Below are positions 11,921 to 22,220 of a stretch of 64,000 nucleotides of DNA, one piece after another (positions within the stretch are counted from its first letter, which is position 1; every line of letters starts with the position of its first letter). Location of the stretch: NCBI GenBank assembly GCA_013265495.1, contig MU058423.1, positions 571,061-635,060 of the forward strand, read 5' to 3'. Source of the stretch: Vicugna vicugna (taxonomy: Eukaryota). A program made the translations under genes and the position numbers. The notes beneath the pieces were generated by a model. The model made no database searches and was not told where the DNA came from. It saw only the letters and a list, made by a program, of their open reading frames with translations.

Positions 11921-13470
11921 GTGTGATGGGAATGAACGCAACCCTGTCCTCCGCAGCATAAAGGCAGAACGCTGTGAACTGCGGATCCAAGAGTGGCTTA
12001 CTGTTCTGTCCTCACATGTTAAGATACAGTTACTCTGAATCTCCAGCCCTTTCCTCAAGGAGCTTGCTTTATAATTAGGGAGGGACTCTCTAGGATCTTT
12101 AGAGAAGAATTTAAGTTGATGGATAGCAAAGTGCTAAATGGTGGGACTGAGAGAGAATGTGCTGTGAAAGGTGAAGCTGGCAAGGGAGGGAGGTCATCGT
12201 GGGAAGAAATAGGTACCCCCTCTGTTACAGAGGTATAATACTCCAAACCATGACTGCAGTCTGTGCCAGAGGTGCCCCAAGCAATGGAAACCATAAATAC
12301 AGCCCTGCAATGCACAGCTCCAGCCCTCCTGCCCCTGGAGTGGAAAAGCCATGTCGTTGCAATAGTTTGGGTTCCCTGTGGAGCCTGGTCTTGGGAAGAG
12401 CCCTTGTGGGGTGTAGGGAAGCAGGAGCTGAATCCAGAAAGAAGTAGGAGGGAGAAAGAGAAGATTCGAGGGGGCCAGAGAAGCAGCTTGCCAAAATAGG
12501 AGGCTCTATTGCTTAGACTCTTGGTTGTCAGAACCCAAGTTCTCTCCTGCCTCCTGCCCTCTGCAAAGCCCTCAGGACTATGGATGACGTGGTTCATGGA
12601 ACTGGCTGTTTAATTCTGGCTTTATTTCAACTCCAAGATTGGATTTTTTTTTTGCTGTAACCTGTATTAGGGACCATATGGGCATTTCAAACATCTGAGG
12701 CCCACATACCAATAAATACAAGTGAAAACAAATCAACTCAAAATATGTTCTCTCTGTCTCTTGCAGGCTGAGCCCCAGGGGTGACAGCTGCAGAGGAGGT
12801 GAGGGATCCCCACACTGCTGCCCAGTTGGCTGGCCCCCAAGCTCCTCCTGCAGTGGCAAGTCTTCGACCACACTGGCACTTCCTTTGAAGGGACCTGTTC
12901 CACCCGAGGTGGCCTTCTCACCTCTGGAAGGAGGCCAGAAAGCTGCGGTCTATGCCTCGGTATCAAGCACTCGAGTTTTTCTCAGATGTGATGAAGAATT
13001 TCCCCTCCAGCAGCATGTGGCCCAATTGCCTGGGGAGGAAGAAGCAGGCCCTTCCCATCCTCGGTGAAACGGAACCCTCTGTTGTAGATGCAGTGGCTTC
13101 ATGCGGAGAGTGGCCTTGTCTCTCAGTAAGTACAGATGTCCCCAGGGCAGGGTGGGGGGAGCAGATTTGGGTCTGATAGACTGTTAATTCCCAGTAGAGA
13201 AAAATCTCAATTCACAGACAAACCAAGGTGGGAGGGAACCTTCCTGACATTAACTGGACACAAAACCAGACAACAAAGGAGAACAGAATCAGCTTTTCTG
13301 TGAAACTGTAATTGGAGAACTTTTTATTTATTGGTGCTATTGCCTGAATTCAAGGAGATGGACAAAATGACCTCTAGGTCAACTCACGTGTGCTTATTGA
13401 GCACCTACTGTTTGCCAAGTCTTCTTCATCCTGTCTTTTGTTCCCCCAGAACTGGGCTGCTCTTCTAGAG

Positions 13471-13655
13471 CAGGATCAGAAACCTACGGCCCTTGGGCAA
13501 AATCCAGCCACCTGTTTTTGTCAGTAGAGTTTCACTGGAACAAAGCTGTGCCCATATTTCTCGTATCTGCTTTTACACGACACGCAGTTATGTAGTGTGA
13601 CAGAGCTGAAAATACTTGTAATTTTGTCCTTTACAAGAAAAGTTTGCCATCTCTG
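13471..13655. mobile_element. MER58A-like hAT-Charlie MITE
   Basis: 'aaacctacggcccttgggcaaaatccagcc..cctgtttttgt..actggaaca...gtcctttacaagaaaagtttgcc'. Preceded by the Charlie-type target ttctagag. Confidence 0.75.
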
Positions 13656-13764
13656 CATTCAAGACTTGTGTCCTGACAAAGAATTCACAGTGTGGGGGTG
13701 GCTGGGGGAAGGCTGGGGGAGGTGGGTGGGAAGGGAGAAGGGAAGTGATATGTGTTGAATGGGA

Positions 13765-13990
13765 CATTGATGTAGTGGTTCAGCTGTAAGCCCTGGAATC
13801 ACACAGACCTGGGTTCCAGTCCTGGCTCCGTCATTTACTAGCTGTGGGTTTGGGGCAAGTTACTTAGCTTCTGCGTACCTGAGATTCCATGTCTGTGAGA
13901 TGGCTCTGACAGGTGTACTTATCTCAGAGGGTGGTGATGAGGGTTGGGGTGACTCATGTAAGCACTGCCTAGTGCATAATATGTGTTCCG
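13765..13990 (+). mobile_element. MIR SINE
   Basis: 'gtagtggtt...agacctgggttccagtcctggctccgtcatttactagctgtg..ttggggcaagttacttagcttct'. Confidence 0.9.
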
Positions 13991-14004
13991 TAGAGAGAAA
14001 CTTA

Positions 14005-14200
14005 TTTTTTATGACTAATCTGATGTTCTAGGCAGTAGGCTAAGCACATCATGTATATTAGCTTGGTTAATCCTGGCGCCGCCCCTATGAGGTAGGTATT
14101 ATTATTATTTCCACCTGTCAGGGAGGGATCCGTAGCACAGAACATTGCTTTAAGTCACAGGACTTGTGGGTGGCAAAGTGGCCAATGTGAACCTACATCC
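14005..14200 (-). mobile_element. MIR SINE
   Basis: 'gctaagcac...ttaatcct...ccctatgaggtaggtattattattatttcc'. Confidence 0.75.
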
Positions 14201-15712
14201 TGCAGATCCCTCAGGAGTTAAAATGGTAGAGAAGCTCCAGGAATCGCAGTGGGGGCAGGGGAGGGGCCCAGGAGAGCCAAACCACCCCTCAGAGCTCATG
14301 TCAGCCCCCGCCCCAGCTCAGAGAGGAAACCAGATGACGTTTCCAAGCAGGCACAGAGGAGTGGGGCTTCTCAGAGGGCCAAGGCAGGCTGCACCCACCA
14401 GCCTGTGGAAGAAATGGGCCTCTGAGTATTTCATTTTGAGAAAGGGAGCAGCAATGACCCTTGTGTCAGGGAGCTGACAAGGTCTGCTTTGGGACATGGG
14501 ATGGAATTACATGGTTTCCTCCACCTCCTGTCACCTCACCTTTAATTTCCACCCACCAGTCTCTTCATGTCATCCCAGGACTGGACAGAAAGTGCCTGGA
14601 TTGGGAAGGGGAGGCTAGACCTGAGATGAGGATGGTGTTTAATGGGCACAGTGGATGGAGAGCGAGAGAGGGGTGGGTGGTGAAGCTACCAGTTGCTGTC
14701 CTGTGGTTAAATCACACATATTTTAAGGCAACTCCAGAAGCTTTATTCAGTTACCTGGGTCTATTGATGTCACTTGGGCTGGATCAATATATCTTCCAGG
14801 AGAATGCAAAGGAGAAAAATCTATGTGGGGCCTGCTCTGTAGGGAGAGCACGTTGGTGGCAGAGTGACAGCTCCGTGAGGAGAGTGCTAAGCACTCACGC
14901 ATTGATGTCTATGCCATCCCCCTGGCCCGAGCCTGTGCCTACCGGCAAGGCGGGGCAGGTGACGGGAGGGGAGAGTGGGAAGGCTCATAGGTTCACACAC
15001 AAAAGGATCCAGCACTTACTGAGCTCCTATGGCATGTCAGGCTGTGTGCTGGACACTGGAGTTTTGAGACTAATGGGACACCATGACTATCCTTGAGGGA
15101 AGAGCTCTGGGTGTGCTTTGCCGATGGAGTGGCCTCTGAGGGAGACACAAGCTTCCAAGGCCACTGGCAGAGCCAGGGTGTGGAGCTGACCTCTTTGCCA
15201 GCTGCCTTCGTGATGCTTTATGGGATGACAAGGGCTTAGGTTGTGTCTCCAAAACGAGCTCCCACCCCACCCCTAATTCCCAGGGTACAACACAACACCC
15301 AGGCCTAAAGCGGAGTCATCAGGGTTGCTTCGTCTCACATTATTTTTTTCCATCTCCTGTTCCTCATTTCTCTCTCTCTCTCTCTTTTTTTGCACCCACA
15401 AGTAGTAGGGCATCATTAAGCTAATAAAAAAAGGCACTAGGGAAAAAGGATGACAGAAAACCACTTGGGCTTTCCTGAGTGCCACAGGGGGAGCATTGGC
15501 TTTGCTTTCCTTCCCCACAGTCCCAGCTGCCTGTGGTCCTGTGGCGGTGGAAGGGGGAGGGATGGGGTGGAAGAAGAGGCAGCAACAAGGATGTGGGGGT
15601 GGGTCGAAAATACCCTTACCAAGTAGCTGAGCTGAAGCCCATGCTGCCGGCCCTGAGGCCATCTCCTCACCCCTACATGCCCTCCTTCTTGCTCTTCCAC
15701 TCACGCCAACTT

Positions 15713-15776
15713 TTTTTTTATTAAAAAAATTTTTTTATTGTAGTATAGTTAGTTGATAATGCTGGTTTCAGGTGTA
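15713..15776 (-). mobile_element. Extremely 5'-truncated young L1 (64 bp)
   Basis: T-tail plus 'ttattgtagtatagtt...gtttcaggtgta', the same terminus type as the L1 at 4371. Perfect 10-bp TSD acgccaactt (15703-15712 / 15777-15786). Confidence 0.85.
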
Positions 15777-16649
15777 ACGCCAACTTCTAATACACTGCAG
15801 AAATTACAGTCTGAAAATTGCTGGTTTGCTATGGAAGAAGCGTGCCCACATTAGAGTGGTGGGACCTTTGTAAAAGGGATTGCCGTAGATTCCTTGACCT
15901 GTATGAGGTGCACCCAAGCATCATGACAGATCTTTCCTATATCTAGTGTAAGTCCTTTGTGTGGTGTCCAAAGCCACAGATCTCTTGAGGGGGAAGAATG
16001 GAAGAGATTTTTGGGATCATGATCATTTATCTTGTGTGGCAACAACTCAGGAGGGCTTCTCCAGCCTGAAAATTTGTTCTGTTCTTAATATGACATAGAC
16101 TTTGTCCTGCGGTGTCTCACACTTTGTAATGCAACCCATGTCCTGGGTCATTGGGGTATGCAGCAGACAGAGGTGTGGTCCTAGTCCTGGGACAGCTGGA
16201 GGCAGGGAGAGTGTGGGCTCAAGGCTGCTATGGAGGCTGTTCCTGCATTTTGATGGCTGAGTACTAAATATATACTTTTCTCTCCAACCTAAGCCTTCTC
16301 CTGGGAGAGAGTAACTACTCCCTAGCTTTCAATCTTTCCCTTCCATGTGCTCTTAGAGCACCAGCTATCTGGCATTTGACCTCTGAGGGAGGCAGTTGCT
16401 GGAGTGCTTCTCTGCCCGTGGAGGAGCCCACATCCACTGCAGGTCTCTGCTAGCTAGGTTATCAGAACAGGGCTGCACCCAGCATGACACACTAATTAGT
16501 TAATGTCTGGAATGTCCAAGACTCAGCCTCCCTTGGTGGGAGAGAGAAAGAAGGGAGAGAGACAGGGAATGAGAACACAGGTCAAAGCTATAAATTACTG
16601 TGTGCTCTTTAAAGCAGGGTACTTAGGTCCTAGGCATTACACTTAATTT

Positions 16650-16800
16650 CTCCCCAACATTTTGTTATAGAAAAACCTGAACATACATTAAAATTGAAAG
16701 AATTTTACAATGAACAGCTGTATACCCACTACCCAAGTTCTGTCATTAGCATTGCACTATACTTGTCCTAACACATAATCATTGATTTCTTCCTTCTTCT
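16650..16800 (-). mobile_element. Old L1M (L1ME-type) 3' end fragment
   Basis: 'ttatagaaaaa..aacatac..aaaattgaaagaattttacaatgaaca..tatacccactacccaagttc'. Confidence 0.6.
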
Positions 16801-17737
16801 AGCCATCCTTCCAGCCATCTCAATTCCCACCCTAGACCACAGACCAAATGAATCAGAAACTCTCGTGGTAGCCTCAACACTCAAACTTTTTGACGTATTT
16901 CAACATAAATTGGAGACAAAGTGGAGGGTACCCTTCTCCTGAATAGTTCATTCAATAAATATTTATTGAGCACCTTCCAGGTGCAAAGCACTGTTCTTAA
17001 TGCTAGGGACACAATCTTTTTCACAGCTGATAGACTCAAGATAGCTATCATTGAGTTGAGAGAGACAGAGAAGGGAGACTGCAAGGAGGGAGAAAGGGAG
17101 AGAGAGAGGCATAAGAGCAAGAAAAGCAGAGTTGAAGACCCTGGCACATGCAACTGACCAGAAGCAAACGAACAGAAGTCCATTAAGTTTTTGAGATGCT
17201 TGTACTATTAAGAGATTTCACAGTGTCTGTCCAGTGGGATTTGGGCATTTGTTACTAGATCAGGGACTGCTGTGTGTCTTTCATTCTTCCTCCTTTCCAC
17301 TGGGAATGATTACTGCCGTTGCATTGTCCTTGTTCTATCACTGTGTATAGCACTGTGTATCGGCTGCTCTCCAGGGTGCTGAGGCCAGAGCCCATCAGTC
17401 TCTGCCAAGGACGGACCCAGAACAAAGCAACCCTAGCTGTTGTGTAGACACTTGGGACCCCAGGCAAAATTTCAGAAATGACTTTCTTGGGCTTTTCAAA
17501 AAAAAATGCTTTCCAGATTCCATCAGAGCAAAGAGGGAAAAAAGAAAGTGTAAGGGAATGAGAGAGTGAGAGCCTGAAAGTGATTTTCATTGTGCTACTC
17601 TGCTGCTTCTCATCAAGTCCGGCAAATAGTTAGACCTAAATAAGCAGCATTAGTCACTGAGTGGTGTTCCCTGTAAGTTTAAAGGGTTTAGCTGAATTAA
17701 TTTTGGTATGTAAGTGAAATGCTTTGTGACATTTAGA

Positions 17738-17926
17738 ATGGTGATTTTTAAAGTGTGGCCCCTGGATTAGCAGTATTAACATTGCCTGAAAATCAATTAT
17801 AAATGCAGATCCTCAGCTTCCACCCCAGACCAACTGAATCAGAAACTCTGGAACTGGGCCCCCAAGTCTATTTGAACAAACCCGCCAGGTGATTTTGGTG
17901 CTTGCTAAAGTTAAAAAAATTTCTGC
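17738..17926. mobile_element. MER5A (hAT-Charlie)
   Basis: 'aaagtgtggcccctggattagcagtattaacattgcctg..aaatgcaga..ccccagaccaactgaatcagaaactctgg..caggtgatt'. Confidence 0.85.
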
Positions 17927-17935
17927 ATTTAAAAC

Positions 17936-18122
17936 AGTGGTTCTCAGTGCTAGCTGTACATTAGAATCTCCTGGAGCTTTGTAAAATATTGAGGCTAGAT
18001 CCCACTGCCCCTCCCCTCCCACAGGAAAATTGAATCAGAGTTTGTGGGAGTGATGTTTAGTCTTTCCTGTGTTTTGAAACTTCCACAAGTGGTTCTAATA
18101 TACATCCAGTGTTGAATCACTA
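17936..18122. mobile_element. MER5B-like (hAT-Charlie)
   Basis: 'cagtggttctca..gctgtacattagaatctcctggagctttgtaaaata...tgaatcagag...ggttctaat'. Confidence 0.75.
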
Positions 18123-18142
18123 TCTTAAAAATTTAGAGAACA

Positions 18143-18493
18143 GGAATGCTATTCAGCCATAAAAACTGACAACATAACACCATTTGCAGCAATGTGGATG
18201 TCCTTGGAGAATGTCATTCTAAGTGAAGTAAGCCAGAAAGAGAAAGAAAAATACCATATGAGATCGCTCATGTGTGGAATCTAGACAGACTGGGATTTCA
18301 AAATGTAGAATAAATAAACAAGATTATACTGTATAGCACAGGGAAATAGATAAAAGATCTTGTGGTAGCTCACAGCAAAAACAAAATGTGATAATGAATA
18401 TATGTATGTTCATGTATAACTGAAAAGTTGTGCTCTACACTGAAATTTGACACAACATTGTAGAATGACTATTACTCAATAAAAAAATGTTAA
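18143..18493 (+). mobile_element. Young camelid-type L1 3' end
   Basis: Perfect 16-bp TSD aaaaatttagagaaca (18127-18142 / 18494-18509) at a canonical TT|AAAA site. 'aagtgaagtaagccagaaagagaaagaaaaataccatatgagatcgc'. Ends in AATAAA plus A-rich tail. Confidence 0.9.
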
Positions 18494-20064
18494 AAAAATT
18501 TAGAGAACACATAGAAATATCCACTGAGTAACAGGAAGATAGAACTGCCAACAATGTGACCTCTGTCTATCAGCTTTGACCTTCTGGGCCCTGAAACCTT
18601 CCTGGGGTTCCTTGAAGACTAACTAGACCCACCATAGCTGCATAAGGACATCTCACTGATACGAAGTAGGAGGATACTGAGGATATTTGTATAAAATTGA
18701 CATAAGTAAGTGGAGTTTTGTCATATAGATTATAAGGCCTAATTTGTAACATTGTTTAGGCCAACACCATCAGATTACAATTCTGTTGAGGACGTCACAT
18801 GTTGATTCGTCTCTGATTCTGGCCCCAACCCTGTACCCCTCAATTCCCTGATTCTGGATGGACAGGGAGGCACAGCCATGTGGAGTAGAAGTCATGAAAA
18901 TACAAGATGTTAAAACTTTTCTAAACTATCTGGAGGAGTGAGAATTGGGAGCTCCCAACACATCACTTCTCCAATTGTAGTGTATAGTTGGATTTCCTGT
19001 GGGACAGGATAAAAGGGGGAAAATACATGCTTTGTAAACTGTAAGGCAGTCTAGAAATTTAAGGCAGTATTAAAATGTTTTTCTTCTTGCATTAATAATG
19101 ATGCAGGTGGGCATCCTACAGCAGTGTGTTCTGCTTCTAAAGGAATCTGAATGCTACAGGTTGAGTGAAGCATCTTAGCAGCATTTCCACTAAGTTAGAG
19201 TAATGGGAGCTGTAGACTCAGTTGAAAGTTTAATATTTAAGACCAGTGTTTCATCTGCTGGTCACTTCTCTGGGTTTTATAAAAGGATCCAGGTCTGTGG
19301 TCCTATAAAATCCTGTTTGATTACATCTATTTTAAGGGCACTATGAAATGGTATTTTAGAAGGAATTAGGATAGGTTTGGGCCATTTGGGGGGCAATGCA
19401 GCTAAAATGCCTTTCATCTGTCTCACTTGTTTGTCCCTTAAGTCTCAGAGACACTTTTACTCAGTGTTTTAGAAACTGGATGTCATTTAAAGAAGTTGAG
19501 ATTTCAATCATAGCAGGGGTGGTGCTGGAAAAAATTTTAATACATTTATTTCATTTCACTTTGAACAGATGCCAAAAAGGTATTTCTTTTTGCATCTGTT
19601 TGAGAGGCACTGAAAACTGCTCCCTTCCAAAGTTGCTTCTAGATCCTCCATGTTATTCCCCTGCATTATTTACCATGATGAGCACTCAAAATAGCATTAG
19701 CCTGGCAAATATAGGGCATGGGGCGGGAGCTGGGGTTGGGGAGGTAATTACCCAGCCCATCATGGAAGCTGTGCCTGAGTTAAATAGAAAAGTTGAGCTC
19801 CTTCTTCAGGCATCATTCAAATTGGAAGAGATTTCAGATCATTTAATCTTGTAAGCTTTGGATCACTCTAAGCGAGGTTAGAGGTTAGCTTGGCAATATA
19901 ACCATTTTCTCTGAACTGCTGCAAAACGCAATGGAGGGAAAAGTTGATGGGTAGCATAGTTCATATCCAAGGCTGGCTCTTGGCATTATTGTGAAAAAGA
20001 GTTCTAACCCTGCCATCGTTGTCTTTGTTCCATGCTTTTTTGTCCCTTTCTGTATTCTTTATCT

Positions 20065-20239
20065 CAGGGCCAAGACTAGAGTGAGGCAAGCATGGTCCCT
20101 AGGGTAAAAAGTTTAAGGAAGCAATCACTCTCAGGTTTGTTTAAGTGCCAACTCTGTACTTACATGAACCTGAGAGTGATTGCCTCTTTAAATTTTGAAC
20201 CCTGGGCACCATGCTTGCCTCACCCTAGTCCAGGCCCTG
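20065..20239. mobile_element. MER96 palindromic MITE (hAT-Tip100)
   Basis: cagggcc...ggccctg ends. Two 84-bp arms, 70/84 identical ungapped by hand, around a 7-nt centre. Matches recalled MER96 consensus. Confidence 0.9.
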
Positions 20240-20934
20240 CTCCACCCTCTCTGAACACCTAGTGTTTACATACTAGTGTCCATATATGTCTTCCCTACTT
20301 TATCACCAAGAAAATCGACTGATAAACAAACTCATTCCAGAGTGTTGGTAGCATATTGAGCTACTCATTTTCAGGGATACATGTGTGTCCAAAGAGGATT
20401 TCTGGAAAGGCAATGTTTAACTCAAAGAAAGGTCTGTTTTAACCTTAGTGATCTATCCCTTAAGCATTGGAATGTTCCTTGTCTGTATCATCTACTAGGC
20501 ACTTGGAATATCCTCAGTGAAACTGTAGGCTCCCTCAGGGTCTTACATTCTTAACATCCTCCACAGCTTCTACTTTGTTTTGCATCAAATAGGAACCACT
20601 GATCTACTGATTAACTGAGACCTTATGGGCGCAAATTTAGATATCAGTAGGGGATATATTTCAGGGATGGGGTTTCTCCTTGAGCTAAGATATGGATAGG
20701 AATAACCACCACACAGAATAGAAAATGAAAGCTATGAAAGAAGTGCCATGGGAGGAGGAGGAGCCCATCCCTGTACTAAGGAATCAGTGAATGTTTTATG
20801 CAGGAAATGGACTTTGCACTTAGTCTTAAAGAATGGGTAAAATTTGACGCTGCAGAGAAGAGAATATAGGCGCCTATTCCAGGCAGGTGGAACAGCATAA
20901 ATACAGGCTTGGAGACAAGAAAACACAGGGTATT

Positions 20935-22220
20935 CCATAGTGGCTGCACTAGTTTACATTCCCACAGACAGTGTACAAGGGTTACCATTTCTCCACATTC
21001 TTGCCAACACTTACCTTTTCTTTTTTTAAATAATAACTACCCTGACAATTGTGAAGTGATATATCTCATTGTGGTTTTGACTTGCATTTCCCTGATAATT
21101 AGCAATGCACACCTTTTCATATACTCATTGGCCATTTGCATGTCTTCTTTGGAGAAATGTCTATTCGGTTCCTTTGCTCATTAAAAAATTCTGGTTATTT
21201 ATGGTTTTTGGTTTTGTTTGTTTTTTGCTGTTGAGTTGTAGGAGTTCCTTATATATTTTGGAAACTAACACCTTATCAGATGTATAGTTTGCAAATATTT
21301 CCCCCCAGTTTGTAGGTTGCCTTTTCATTTTGTTGATGGTTTCCTTTGTTGTGCAGAAGCTTTTTAGTTTGATGTAGTCCCGTTTATCTATTTTTGCTTT
21401 TGTTACCTGTGCTTTTGGTGTCATATCAAAGAAATCATTGTCAAGACAAGAGGTTCCTCAAAATATTAATAAATAAAGTGACCATAAGATCCAGCAATTC
21501 CATTGCATATATATCCAAAGAATTGAAATTGGGATCCTGAAGAGATACCTGCACCTCCATGTTCACCGCAGCACTATTCACAATAGCCAAGACGTTTTAG
21601 AAACAATCTAAATGTCCACTGAGAGATGAATGGATAAAAGAAATGTGGTGTATATACATACAGTGGAATATCACTCAGCCTTAAAAAAAGAAGGAAACCC
21701 TGCCATGTGTGACAACATTGAATGAACCCCGAGGACATTATGCAAAGTGAAATAAGTCAGACACAGAAGGACAAGTGCTAAATGTTACCATTTATATGAG
21801 GAATCTAAAATAGTCAGACTCATAGAATCAGAGACTGGAATGGTGGTTGCCAGAGGCTGGAGGGAAGGGGAAATGAGGAAGTACTAGTCTATTAGTCAAA
21901 GGGCACCAAGTTTTACTTACGCAAGATGAATAAGCCCTGGAAATATACTGTTCAGCATAGTCCTTACAGTTAGCAATACAGTGTTGTGTATTTTAAAATT
22001 TGCTAAGAAGATAGATCATATAATGTGTTCTTATCACAAAATGCATACAGAAATAAACAGGGTGGGAGAAAGCTTTTGGAGGTGATGAATATTTCTGTAG
22101 CATAGATTGTGGTGATGGTTTTGCGGGTGTATACTGATCTTGAAACTCATCACGTTGTGTACATTTAATATGTGCAGCTTATTATCTGTCAATCATACCT
22201 TAATAAAGTGGGTTTTTTTT
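20935..22220 (+). mobile_element. L1MB-type LINE with 5' inversion (20935-21448 inverted; 21450-22220 sense), inserted into an L2(-)
   Basis: ORF2 C-terminal peptide on minus ([37 protein letters not shown]). Sense L1MB-like 3'UTR ending 'caatcataccttaataaag'. 18-bp TSD aagaaa(a/g)cacagggtatt (20917-20934 / 22222-22239). Confidence 0.9.

Noticed and set aside
14461..15096. Longest ORF (211 aa), and others such as 12055-12597, 19396-19854 and 35322-35870
   Set aside because: No recognisable domains; some run into repeats or low-complexity DNA; lengths are plausible by chance in 64 kb.
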